Positions 28,620-37,100 of a DNA stretch of 64,000 nt are shown one piece after another. The notes beneath the pieces are model-generated. The model was not told the DNA's origin. It did not search any database and saw only the letters and a list, made by a program, of their open reading frames with translations. This DNA is from a bacterium. Lineage in GTDB: Bacteria > Vulcanimicrobiota > Xenobia > Xenobiales > Xenobiaceae. The DNA is taken from NCBI GenBank assembly GCA_017458675.1, contig JAFTAM010000169.1, positions 9,111 through 73,110 on the forward strand, written 5' to 3'. Made by a program: the position numbers and the translations under genes. Numbering within the stretch: the stretch's first letter is position 1; every line of letters begins with the position of its first letter.

Positions 28620-28646
28620 AAAAGAGCTCCATTTTCATGGAACTCT
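28616..28646 (-). terminator. Rho-independent terminator after tRNA-Leu
   Basis: Minus strand reads gagttccat-gaaa-atggagctc (one mismatch) followed by T9. Confidence 0.7.
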
Positions 28647-28649
28647 CTA

Positions 28650-28734
28650 TGGTGCGGAGAGAGGGACTCGAACCCTCACGGAGTTATCCATACGCCCCTC
28701 AAACGTACGCGTCTACCGATTCCGCCACCTCCGC
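28650..28734 (-). tRNA. tRNA-Leu (anticodon GAG), long variable arm, CCA encoded
   Basis: The reverse complement gcggaggtggcggaatcggtagacgcg-tacgt-ttGAGgg-gcgta... has a D-arm like that of E. coli tRNA-Leu, T-arm gaggg-ttcgagt-ccctc, and acceptor closure with one G-U pair. Confidence 0.9.
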
Positions 28735-29018
28735 AGGAACGCAGATATTATAAACATCCTCTCGCTATATGTCAAGGTCTTTTACCGCCTGACGTCCGGA
28801 CTTTTTTGATACTTTGAATCAGCTTTCCCCTCCTCCGCCGACGCAGCCAGCGCCCGGCTCATATCAGCGCGGACTTTTCCTAACGCCGCCAAACAGATAT
28901 CTCAGCTTCGTCATTCTGAGCGAAGGGCGCGGCGCAGACAAAATCGCTGCTTTCAGATGATCTTCGGGTTCGGCCGAAAAGCAGGGATACAAGCTTTTTT
29001 TTACAATAAAGCGGTGAT

Positions 29019-29939
29019 ATGCTTAATTTCCATTCAGATTCCGAACTGCAGAAATCTTATCGCTGGTGCGAAGATATTACCAGAAGCAGAGCCAAAAACT
29101 TTTATTATGCCATCCGTCTTCTGCCCAAGGCCAGAAGAGAAGCTATGTGCGCAGTCTATGCCTTTTTCCGCGAATGCGACGATATATCCGACGCGGCCGA
29201 TATCGACAACCGGCGTCAGCGTCTGGAATATTGGAAGGAAATCATCAATGGAGCTTCTCCCCAAGTTCCCATGCCGGGCCTCCCCGCTCTGCGCCATGCC
29301 GTACAGAAATACAGAATCGACGCCAAATGTTTTCTGGATCTCATTGAAGGCATGATCATGGACCTCGAAGACAGAGAATACAAGACTTTTGACGAGACTT
29401 ATCTGTACTGCTACCGCGCCGCTTCTACCGTAGGCCTGGTCTGTCTGAGCATATTCGGCTTCGAGCCCAAACCGGAAGTTCTGAAGATGGCCGAATATCA
29501 GGGCATAGCCTTCCAGCTCACCAATATTCTGCGCGATATCAGCAAGGACGCTAAAGATGAGAAACGCGTCTATCTGCCCAGCGATATTCTGTCCCGTTTC
29601 AATTTAAGCAGACAGGCAATTTTAGAGGGCTCTTACAGTATGGCCGATATGGAGCGCCTTCTCGGATTTATGAGCGCTCTGACTGAACAGTATTATCAAA
29701 AAGCCGAATCTCTGCCTCATTTTATCAGTCCCCAGAGCCGCTGGTGCCTGAGAGCCATGGTCAATATTTATCATGGGATTTTAAAAAAGATAGCTAAAAT
29801 CGGGACCGAATCTTTGAAGGCCAAAACCAGGCTTACGGTCTGGGAAAAGCTAATCGCTGTAATTCAGGCCTATTTCAGTACCTGGTTTGAATATTGGCAA
29901 GGTCTCTGGTCCGATATGATTAACGCCCTGAAAGCATAA
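29019..29939 (+). CDS. Squalene/phytoene synthase family protein (HpnD/CrtB-like)
   Basis: First Asp-rich motif YAFFRECDDISD, and a second region GIAFQLTNILRDISKDAKDEKRVYLP. 306 aa. Confidence 0.8.
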   Translation: MLNFHSDSELQKSYRWCEDITRSRAKNFYYAIRLLPKARREAMCAVYAFFRECDDISDAADIDNRRQRLEYWKEIINGASPQVPMPGLPALRHAVQKYRIDAKCFLDLIEGMIMDLEDREYKTFDETYLYCYRAASTVGLVCLSIFGFEPKPEVLKMAEYQGIAFQLTNILRDISKDAKDEKRVYLPSDILSRFNLSRQAILEGSYSMADMERLLGFMSALTEQYYQKAESLPHFISPQSRWCLRAMVNIYHGILKKIAKIGTESLKAKTRLTVWEKLIAVIQAYFSTWFEYWQGLWSDMINALKA

Positions 29940-29942
29940 AAG

Positions 29943-30395
29943 ATGTCTCAGAAGCTCAAGACCGTACTTTTGCTGATTATCGCCATGGCCGCCACAACGC
30001 TGGGCGATATCCTTATGTCCAAGCTCATGCGCAGCAGCCCGGAAATCAAAGATTTCCTTGCTCCGGACGAGCTTAAGCTGCTGGCAGTCTATATGCTGAC
30101 TTCCAAAATATTTTGGCTGGCGATAATATCCGGAATTATCTTTCTGAGCCTCTGGCTTTATGTGCTTTCCTACGAGGATCTCTCTTTTGCTATGCCCATG
30201 ACGGCCATGACTTACATTTTCAACGCTTTTCTGGCCGGCCCGATTCTCAATGAAAAGATGACCGCCGCCCGCTGGATAGGAACCGTAGTCATAGGCGCAG
30301 GAGTAATAATAGTTTCGTTCAGTCAGGGAAAGGAAAAAGAGAAAGAAAAAGCCCAAAAAGCTCTGGATGAGGCTCCGACACAAAATCCGGCTTAA
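29943..30395 (+). CDS. Small DMT/EamA-like membrane protein (about 4 TM)
   Basis: Hydrophobic 150-aa ORF starting 4 nt after the synthase stop. Assigned from hydropathy and size only. Confidence 0.4.
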   Translation: MSQKLKTVLLLIIAMAATTLGDILMSKLMRSSPEIKDFLAPDELKLLAVYMLTSKIFWLAIISGIIFLSLWLYVLSYEDLSFAMPMTAMTYIFNAFLAGPILNEKMTAARWIGTVVIGAGVIIVSFSQGKEKEKEKAQKALDEAPTQNPA

Positions 30396-32095
30396 TCGGA
30401 AATGCCGGCCATGCAGCAGAAATCGACGCCCTCCCGCCAGCCGCGCTCCTGCAGAAAGGCCCTTATCTCCGCCCGCGAATAAGGATTCCCTACCGCTGTC
30501 AGCAGAAAATAATCCCGGGGCTCGGGCAGTTCGTAAATGCTCAGAACCTTCAGGCCGCAGATGGTCTGCCCGTGCCGGGCTTCCAGGATATCGGTAAAAT
30601 AATCGGGAGCAACGCCGTGACTGCGCAGGCTTTTTACCAGAGCCTTACCGTTCGGCCCGGCCCCCCAAACGATCAGACGCCGCTTATGAGCGGGGACCGC
30701 ATACCTGCTCCCGTCCGCTTTTCCCCAGTAGGAAGACAGAAACATCGAGACCTTAAGCTCCCGCAGAGCCTCATGGCCGCAGCGGACGTCGCAGCGCGTC
30801 AGTCTTTGGGGAGTATCGCGCCAATAAAAGAGAGTATCCTCAAGCTTAGCCATTTTTACGCCCTGTATCCAGAAGCGGAACCAAAGCTGATAATCTTCCG
30901 GCCAGGGGCCGTCCGCATAATGACCGACCTTCTTCAGAGCTTCCGCCCGCAGCATGACGGAAGGATGCACCAGAGGGCTTTCAACAAAAATATCCCGCTG
31001 CAGAATCTCCGGATTGCAGGCCTTATTGAGCCAGCGCTCATAGCGCCTCATGCCGTCGGTCAGGCCCGCCCGCGGAAATATATGCACTCTGCAGCCCGCG
31101 GCGCCGACGTCGCCGTGTTCCTGCAGAAAAAGCAGCTGCCTGCGGAAGCGTTCGGGATGGGAAATATCGTCCCCGTCCATGCGGGCGATAAAGGGCGCCC
31201 GGCAATGCTTCAGCCCTTCGTTTAAAGCCGCCGTTATGCCGCCGTGCTCGACCCTGACAAGGCGGATTCGTTTATCTGAAGCGGCCAGCTCGGCGATATA
31301 ATCGGCGGAACCGTCGTCGGAACCGTCGTCGACGGCGATCAGCTCCCAGAGCGGAAAGGTCTGCTTCTGAATCGAAGCGGCGGCATTTTTCAAGGTCCTC
31401 AGACAGTTATAGACCGGCATAACGCAGGAAATAACCGGTTTTTCCGCCGCCTGCCGGCGCAGAAAGCGCTCATATTTCGTGCGCTTCTGTTCCTGACAAT
31501 CCGGGGAAGCCAGTCCCAGCTCCGCCGACAGTTTTCCCTTTATGTATTCAGGGCGGACGGTTTCTATTTCCAGCTCGTATTCATCGCCGTCGGCAAATTC
31601 CGTATGGTCGAGTTCCAGCTTTTCGCCGCCGTCCAGCCCGAAAACACTTATCGGCCACACCTCTCTGACATTGCGCACCGAACCGACGGCCTGCAGTTCT
31701 CCGCGGAAGCCGTCCTCGACAGCCTGCCGCCATACCCGCGTCGTAGCCAGTTCGCCTATGCGGCCGCACCTGAGCTCCGCAGCCGCCGATTCGCCGACTT
31801 CCTCCTCAATTTCCACGGCCTGGAAATAGCCGGCCTGCAGGTTCAGGCCTCTCTTATAGACAAAAAAATAACGCCCATTTTCCCGCCGCAGGCGCAGCAT
31901 ACTGCGCCGACAGGCAAAATAAGCGTCGTAACTGTCAAAATAAATATTCGTCTGTTCTAAAACCCGGGGCTCGGCCTTGCCGCCGCATAAACTGCGCAGC
32001 CTCTGCCAGGCCTCTTTACCGAGCTTAAATTTGAGCTCGCGCTCTACAGGCTCAGCCTGTTCTGCCGACTCTACTCCGGAAAGTACAGACTTCAT
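30392..32095 (-). CDS. Multidomain protein: N-terminal CYTH-like domain, family-2 glycosyltransferase, C-terminal Rossmann-like domain
   Basis: CYTH-like markers: ERELKFKL start, MLRLRRENG, EKLELDHTEFADGDEYELEIE. GT2 markers: ISCVMPVYNCLRTLKNAAASIQKQTF...LIAVDDGSDDGS and ARMDGDDIS. C-terminal RRLIVWGAGPNGKALVKSL. Confidence 0.75.
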   Translation of the reverse strand: MKSVLSGVESAEQAEPVERELKFKLGKEAWQRLRSLCGGKAEPRVLEQTNIYFDSYDAYFACRRSMLRLRRENGRYFFVYKRGLNLQAGYFQAVEIEEEVGESAAAELRCGRIGELATTRVWRQAVEDGFRGELQAVGSVRNVREVWPISVFGLDGGEKLELDHTEFADGDEYELEIETVRPEYIKGKLSAELGLASPDCQEQKRTKYERFLRRQAAEKPVISCVMPVYNCLRTLKNAAASIQKQTFPLWELIAVDDGSDDGSADYIAELAASDKRIRLVRVEHGGITAALNEGLKHCRAPFIARMDGDDISHPERFRRQLLFLQEHGDVGAAGCRVHIFPRAGLTDGMRRYERWLNKACNPEILQRDIFVESPLVHPSVMLRAEALKKVGHYADGPWPEDYQLWFRFWIQGVKMAKLEDTLFYWRDTPQRLTRCDVRCGHEALRELKVSMFLSSYWGKADGSRYAVPAHKRRLIVWGAGPNGKALVKSLRSHGVAPDYFTDILEARHGQTICGLKVLSIYELPEPRDYFLLTAVGNPYSRAEIRAFLQERGWREGVDFCCMAGISD

Positions 32096-32099
32096 ACGT

Positions 32100-32852
32100 T
32101 TAGGTTAAAGGAAACAGACGCGGAACAAAGACGTTCATCTGAATCTTCCACCAGGGCCAGTCGTGAGAGACATCGTGGCCCCAAAGCTCAAAATTGTGCT
32201 TTATGCCGGCCCGATTCATAGCTTCATGCATCTCAACGGTATAATGGACCCTCTCCCATGCGCCCTGACCGCAGACGATGTTGATGCTGCAGCCCTCTAA
32301 AGAACGGCGGATTGACGGATCGTATAAATTAGAGACATAGCTTACAGGATTGTGATAATAGCATCTGTCGTCAAAATAACCGTCTAAGAAGCAGCTCATA
32401 TTATAGATGCCGCTCATGCCGATGCACCAGCGGAATATTTCATGATGCCTGAACATAGTGTTTATGGCATGATAAGCGCCGAAGCTGGCTCCCGCCGTAG
32501 CTAAAGGAAGCTTGCCGCCGCAGTTGTTGAAGATAAAAGGCACGAGTTCATCTATAATATAGCGATCATAAAGTTCCTGACGCCAGGCGCGCTCTCCGGG
32601 AGAGATGTTGGGATTGTCCCAGCTCAAATCGTTGATGCTGTTGATGGAGATGATCTTGATGCGTCCGCGATCGATATGCTCCGCCAGCGCATCGATCATG
32701 CCGAAGCGCTCCAATTCCTCAAAATCGGCGGAAGCGGTAGGGAAATAAAGAAGCGGAACTCCCCAATGACCGTATATAGCCACCGGCATGTTCCCGCCTA
32801 AAGCTCCGCTGTAAAAGCTATGTTTTTCTACGCGCATGGATACAGATTTCAA
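32100..32852 (-). CDS. Esterase family (alpha/beta hydrolase) protein
   Basis: Nucleophile elbow TAGASFGAYHA (GxSxG) and a His near the C-terminus (WGHDVSHDW). Length and order fit the putative-esterase family. Confidence 0.65.
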   Translation of the reverse strand: MKSVSMRVEKHSFYSGALGGNMPVAIYGHWGVPLLYFPTASADFEELERFGMIDALAEHIDRGRIKIISINSINDLSWDNPNISPGERAWRQELYDRYIIDELVPFIFNNCGGKLPLATAGASFGAYHAINTMFRHHEIFRWCIGMSGIYNMSCFLDGYFDDRCYYHNPVSYVSNLYDPSIRRSLEGCSINIVCGQGAWERVHYTVEMHEAMNRAGIKHNFELWGHDVSHDWPWWKIQMNVFVPRLFPLT

Positions 32853-32873
32853 CAGAATATCGGATACGCGACC

Positions 32874-33080
32874 CTACATTCTGTCATTGACCTCCTGCCT
32901 CAATTCTTTGCCTTTTAACCAAAAATCCGGAAAAGTCTGACACTTTTCAAAACCGGGGCAGCCCAGACAGCGTTTTCCGCGCATATTGATCTCTCGCAAA
33001 CGCTTATCGCGGCACTGCGGTTCAAAGAACTCGAAATTGTCAAAATATTTCTGCAGATACTCTTCCTTATAAACGGCCAT
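32874..33080 (-). CDS. Small Cys-containing hypothetical protein (68 aa)
   Basis: ATG preceded by AAGGA. Four Cys (C23, C38, C41, C47, including CLGC). It is the first ORF of the esterase/CYTH-GT2 operon. No homology recognised. Confidence 0.35.
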   Translation of the reverse strand: MAVYKEEYLQKYFDNFEFFEPQCRDKRLREINMRGKRCLGCPGFEKCQTFPDFWLKGKELRQEVNDRM

Positions 33081-33363
33081 TTTTTTATCCTTAGATCATT
33101 TTTGCGCGCTCCGGCGCGCAAGGTACGGCGGCAGCAAAGACCGCTTCCTTTCATTATACAAAAATAAGCGCATAAAGTACAGATAGGGCGCAGAAAAAAC
33201 AATATGCAAATTCTCTTAAAAAACCTCCCGGCAACAAATGAAACGCTAACAAATTAAGCGCAGGAGCCGCATAACTGCAGGCAGAATTATATTTGAACAT
33301 CTGTAGTTAAGAATGATAAGATATTATATTAAAGCGAATCCGTAAAATGCAGGAGGATTAGTA

Positions 33364-34059
33364 ATGTTTTTTGACTTTTTTAAAAGCAAAAAGCCTGCTC
33401 TCAAAATTAAAGCTAAACAGGAAGTAGAAATCGAGTTCTTCTCTGACGAGACCTTTAAAACTTATTTTACCACGGTCCTGGACGTCAGGCGCAAGGAAAT
33501 TATTTTAAAAAGTCCCGGAACGGAACGCAGACCCGTCAAAATGGAAACCGGTCAGGCTATCACCGTCACGGTGCTCGATCCTGAAGAAAGCAAGCTGTAT
33601 TATTTCAATACCACGGTTACTGACGCGGGAGAGCGCGAATTTGACATTGCCAACGCTACGGATGTTCAGAGCGAAGACGTGCCTAAATTTGAAAACGGCA
33701 GCATCGAAGCTCCCGTAAACGTGGAATACAGGGCTATGAAGCTGGCCCACAGCCAGTCGGCCCGCACCCATTCCATCGGCTTCAACAGCATAGTGCTGAG
33801 CTGCAATATTCCTATTCCCCAAGGGACCGATCTGCATATCGAGATACAGATCCCCGGCGCTCCCGTTTATTCCTTCAAAGGCCGCTCAATAAGCGCCCGT
33901 CCCGATCCCTCCTCCAACAAAAAACATCTCTGCGAGATCGAGTATTCGGACGACGCCAGCCGTGAAGACCGTCTGGCCGTCATGCGCTATGCCGTTTATC
34001 TGAAGCGGCGCGAATACAGGCGCACGCAGCGCGAGGGCGACGGCGAGCCCCGCCGCTAA
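33364..34059 (+). CDS. Hypothetical protein, possibly YcgR/PilZ-like, with the c-di-GMP binding motifs not evident
   Basis: ATG preceded by GGAGGA. It has two beta-rich halves and a basic tail. I could not find RxxxR or D/NxSxxG. Confidence 0.35.
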   Translation: MFFDFFKSKKPALKIKAKQEVEIEFFSDETFKTYFTTVLDVRRKEIILKSPGTERRPVKMETGQAITVTVLDPEESKLYYFNTTVTDAGEREFDIANATDVQSEDVPKFENGSIEAPVNVEYRAMKLAHSQSARTHSIGFNSIVLSCNIPIPQGTDLHIEIQIPGAPVYSFKGRSISARPDPSSNKKHLCEIEYSDDASREDRLAVMRYAVYLKRREYRRTQREGDGEPRR

Positions 34060-34087
34060 CCGTTTATAATTAGATCATACCGTAACA

Positions 34088-34129
34088 GTCAGCACAGTCC
34101 ATTTGAGTTGAGCTTGCTGACTTTTTTTT
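34088..34129 (+). terminator. Rho-independent terminator
   Basis: gtcagca / tgctgac stem with a 20-nt loop, then T8. Confidence 0.55.
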
Positions 34130-34178
34130 CAAGAAAGACAATACAGATTTTAACTGAGCCTTCGGAGGAAACGCTGCC

Positions 34179-37100
34179 GTGTGCGGTATTACAGGAATCC
34201 TTTATCAATATTCCGATTCTCTTCCCCATATAGATTTGGAGCCTCTGGCCGGACTTATCTCCAAGCTGGTATCCGAACCCGCAGATCCGGCCAATCCGCC
34301 GGAGCAGCTCATGGAAGAGCTGGAGCTGAAGCTCTCCTTCCTGCGCGAATACGCCGCCTTTGCCGCCGTGTGGAGCGACGGCTCGCTGGCGGCAAAACTT
34401 ACTGAATATGCCGACAGTATCCTGAAATATGAACAGGATACCCAAAACAGGCTGCTGCACGGCAATCCTCCTCTGGCCACCAACCTGATTGAGAAATGGA
34501 ACGCGCTGTGGATACGTCTGCGCGACGCGGCCTGGCTGATCAAACAGGATTTCCTGGCCAATCTGGACAGAGTGAAGCTGATCGTCCCCGAGGATCTGCA
34601 GCAATCTCCCAATCTTAACGCCTGGAAGATCACCGCAGTCATCAACAATATCGACCGCCTGGAAGTACGCGGACGCGACAGCCTGGGCATAAGCGTGGCC
34701 GTCGCCTTTGAAAGCGCCGAAGCTTATGAAACGTTTAAGCGGCGTCTGCAAAGCGCAGAACGCCTCGAAGAGCTGCAGGAGCGCTCTCAGATCAGGGATC
34801 TGAGCAATCTCAGCATCCGCATAGACAGCGAAAGCGCCGCTCCCGGGCTCATGTTCGTCTATAAGGTTTCCCAGGAAGTAGGCGCTCTGGGCGACAACGC
34901 CGCAGCCATCCGTCAGTATATCAAGGCCGACCGCCTGCTCTGGCTGGCTTTGGAGCAGCCGAATATTCAGACAAACATCTGGTCGCACACCCGCTGGGCC
35001 TCAAACGGCGTCATCAGTCTGCCAAACTGCCATCCCGTAGACGAACAGCTTGAAGACGCCCTTCCTAACAGCTATTGGATATCGGCGGCCTTGAACGGCG
35101 ACATAGACAATTTCCAGGCTATTCTGGCGAAAATCAAAGAAGACGCAGGCAGCGGCGTCTCGGCGCATATCACCACCGACGCCAAAAGCATACCCGTACT
35201 CGTCGATTATTATTACCGCCGGAGCGGCTCTCTTCAGGAGGCCTTCTTTAAATCGGTCCGGAAATTCGAAGGTTCGGTTTCAATCTGCCTGAGCTCCAGT
35301 CTTCAGCCCAACCTCACTTATCTGGCTCTGAAGGGCAGCGGACAGTCCCTCTTTGTGGGCCTCTGCAGGCACGGCTATATCTTCGCCTCGGAAATGTACG
35401 GCCTGGTTGAACAGACTAACCGCTATCTGCGCCTGGACGGAACCTATGAATGCAATCCGGGAGATCCCGCCGGCTTAGGTCAGATCTTTATCATCGACCA
35501 AAATAAAACCGGCCTGGACGGCATCCGGGCCTTCTCCGCAGACGGAGCTCCTCTGCCTCTTGCCGAAGAGAATATCAGGAAAGCGGAAATCACCACCCGC
35601 GACATTAACCGCGGTCAGCACAGCCACTTCCTGCTGAAGGAAATCTTCGACGCTCCCAACTCCATAAGCAAAACTCTGCAGGGCAAGTATTACATACCCT
35701 CCGATTTTAAAGAGGAGGCTTCAATCAATTTAGGTCCCGAGGTATTTCCTCCCGAACTCAGAGCTCAATTTGCCGAGCGCAAAATCCAGCGAATCCTCTT
35801 AATCGGTCAGGGCACGGCGGCGGTCGCCGGCAACGCCATAGCCTCCATGATGCAGAGAGCCCTGAAAGGGTCGGCTATTGAAGTGAGAGCCATTAAAGCC
35901 ACCGAGCTTTCCGGCTATGCCATGGAAGACGATATGAGCCAGACTTTGATTATCGCCGTCTCCCAGTCCGGCACCACCACCGACACCAACCGCACCGTCG
36001 ATATGGTCCGCGCCAATAAAGCTACGGTTATCGCCATCGTCAATCGGCGCAATTCCGATTTGACCTATAAAGTCGACGGAGTGATGTATACCAGCGACGG
36101 CCGGGATATAGAGATGTCGGTGGCTTCCACAAAGGCCTTCTACAGCCAGGTCATCGCCGGCTATCTGCTGGGACTTTACATAGCCAACCTTATGGGAACG
36201 ATGGAAAAGGAGGATATCAGGCGCGAACTCCAGGAGATGGTCGATCTGCCCAAAAAAATCGCCGTGCTTCTGGATAAACGCCAGCAGGTCGAGAAGCTGG
36301 CCCGCCAATATGCCACTACCCGGCGCGACTGGGCGGTCGTAGGCAGCGGCAGCACCAGGGCCGCCGCCGAAGAGATCCGCATCAAGCTCAGCGAGCTTTG
36401 CTACAAATCCATCGCCACCGATTATATCGAGGACAAAAAGCATATCGATCTCTCCTCCGAGCCTCTGACCCTGATCTGCACCGCCGGACTGCCGGGCATG
36501 GCCCTCCAGGACTCCGTCAAGGAAGTGGCCATCTTCAAAAGCCACAAATCCATACCCATCGTCATCTCCTCAGAAAGCTTCCGCGAATTCGAGAAATACG
36601 CGGCCGGCGTCATTTACGTCCCCGACGCCTCCGCCAACGCCTCGGTCCTGCTCAACACGGTAGTAGGCCACCTCTGGGGCTATTACTGCGCCCTGGCCAT
36701 CAACGACGGCGCCAATCTGCTTAAGGCCGGCCGCGCTATGGCCATCCAGCACCTCAGTTCTTCAGAAGGCTCGGTCTGGACTCAGGCCGGCATAAGACGT
36801 CTGCTCAACATAGGCAAAACCTTCCAGGACGATCTCAAAGAGGGGCGCTTCAACAGCTCGCTGTCGGTAGATTCGGCGGTCAGGCTCTCCTTAATGTTCC
36901 AGTATTTCAGCGGCGCCAGATCGCTGCGCCAGTTCGCCCACGACTTTAAGGGCAACGATCTTATCGAAACCATGGTGGTCTGCCTTTCCCAGGGCATCCA
37001 GGAGCTTTCACGCCCCATCGACGCCATTAAGCACCAGGCCAAGACCATTACCGTAGGCATCTCGCGCTCTGCCGAGAGCATATCCGGACCGATATTTGAG

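Noticed and set aside
28389-28817. Cys-rich ORFs running through the repeat elements: 28389-28817(+), 41629-42093(-), 41765-42157(-), 41991-42194(-).
   Set aside because: The similarity between them is at the nucleotide level. Differences between copies 2 and 3 are mostly non-synonymous in that frame. One ORF continues antisense through tRNA-Leu. There is no RBS or start conserved in all copies. I treated them as non-coding repeats.
28909-28937. cgtcattctgagcgaagggcgcggcgcag, a possible fourth, fragmentary copy of the repeat element's 5' end
   Set aside because: Only about 20 nt of loose similarity to tgtcattgagagcgcagc. This is insufficient to call by eye.
34060-34178. Possible glmS ribozyme upstream of the GlmS-like gene
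   Set aside because: The spacer is only ~120 nt and is mostly occupied by the upstream terminator hairpin. No ribozyme core sequences were recognised.
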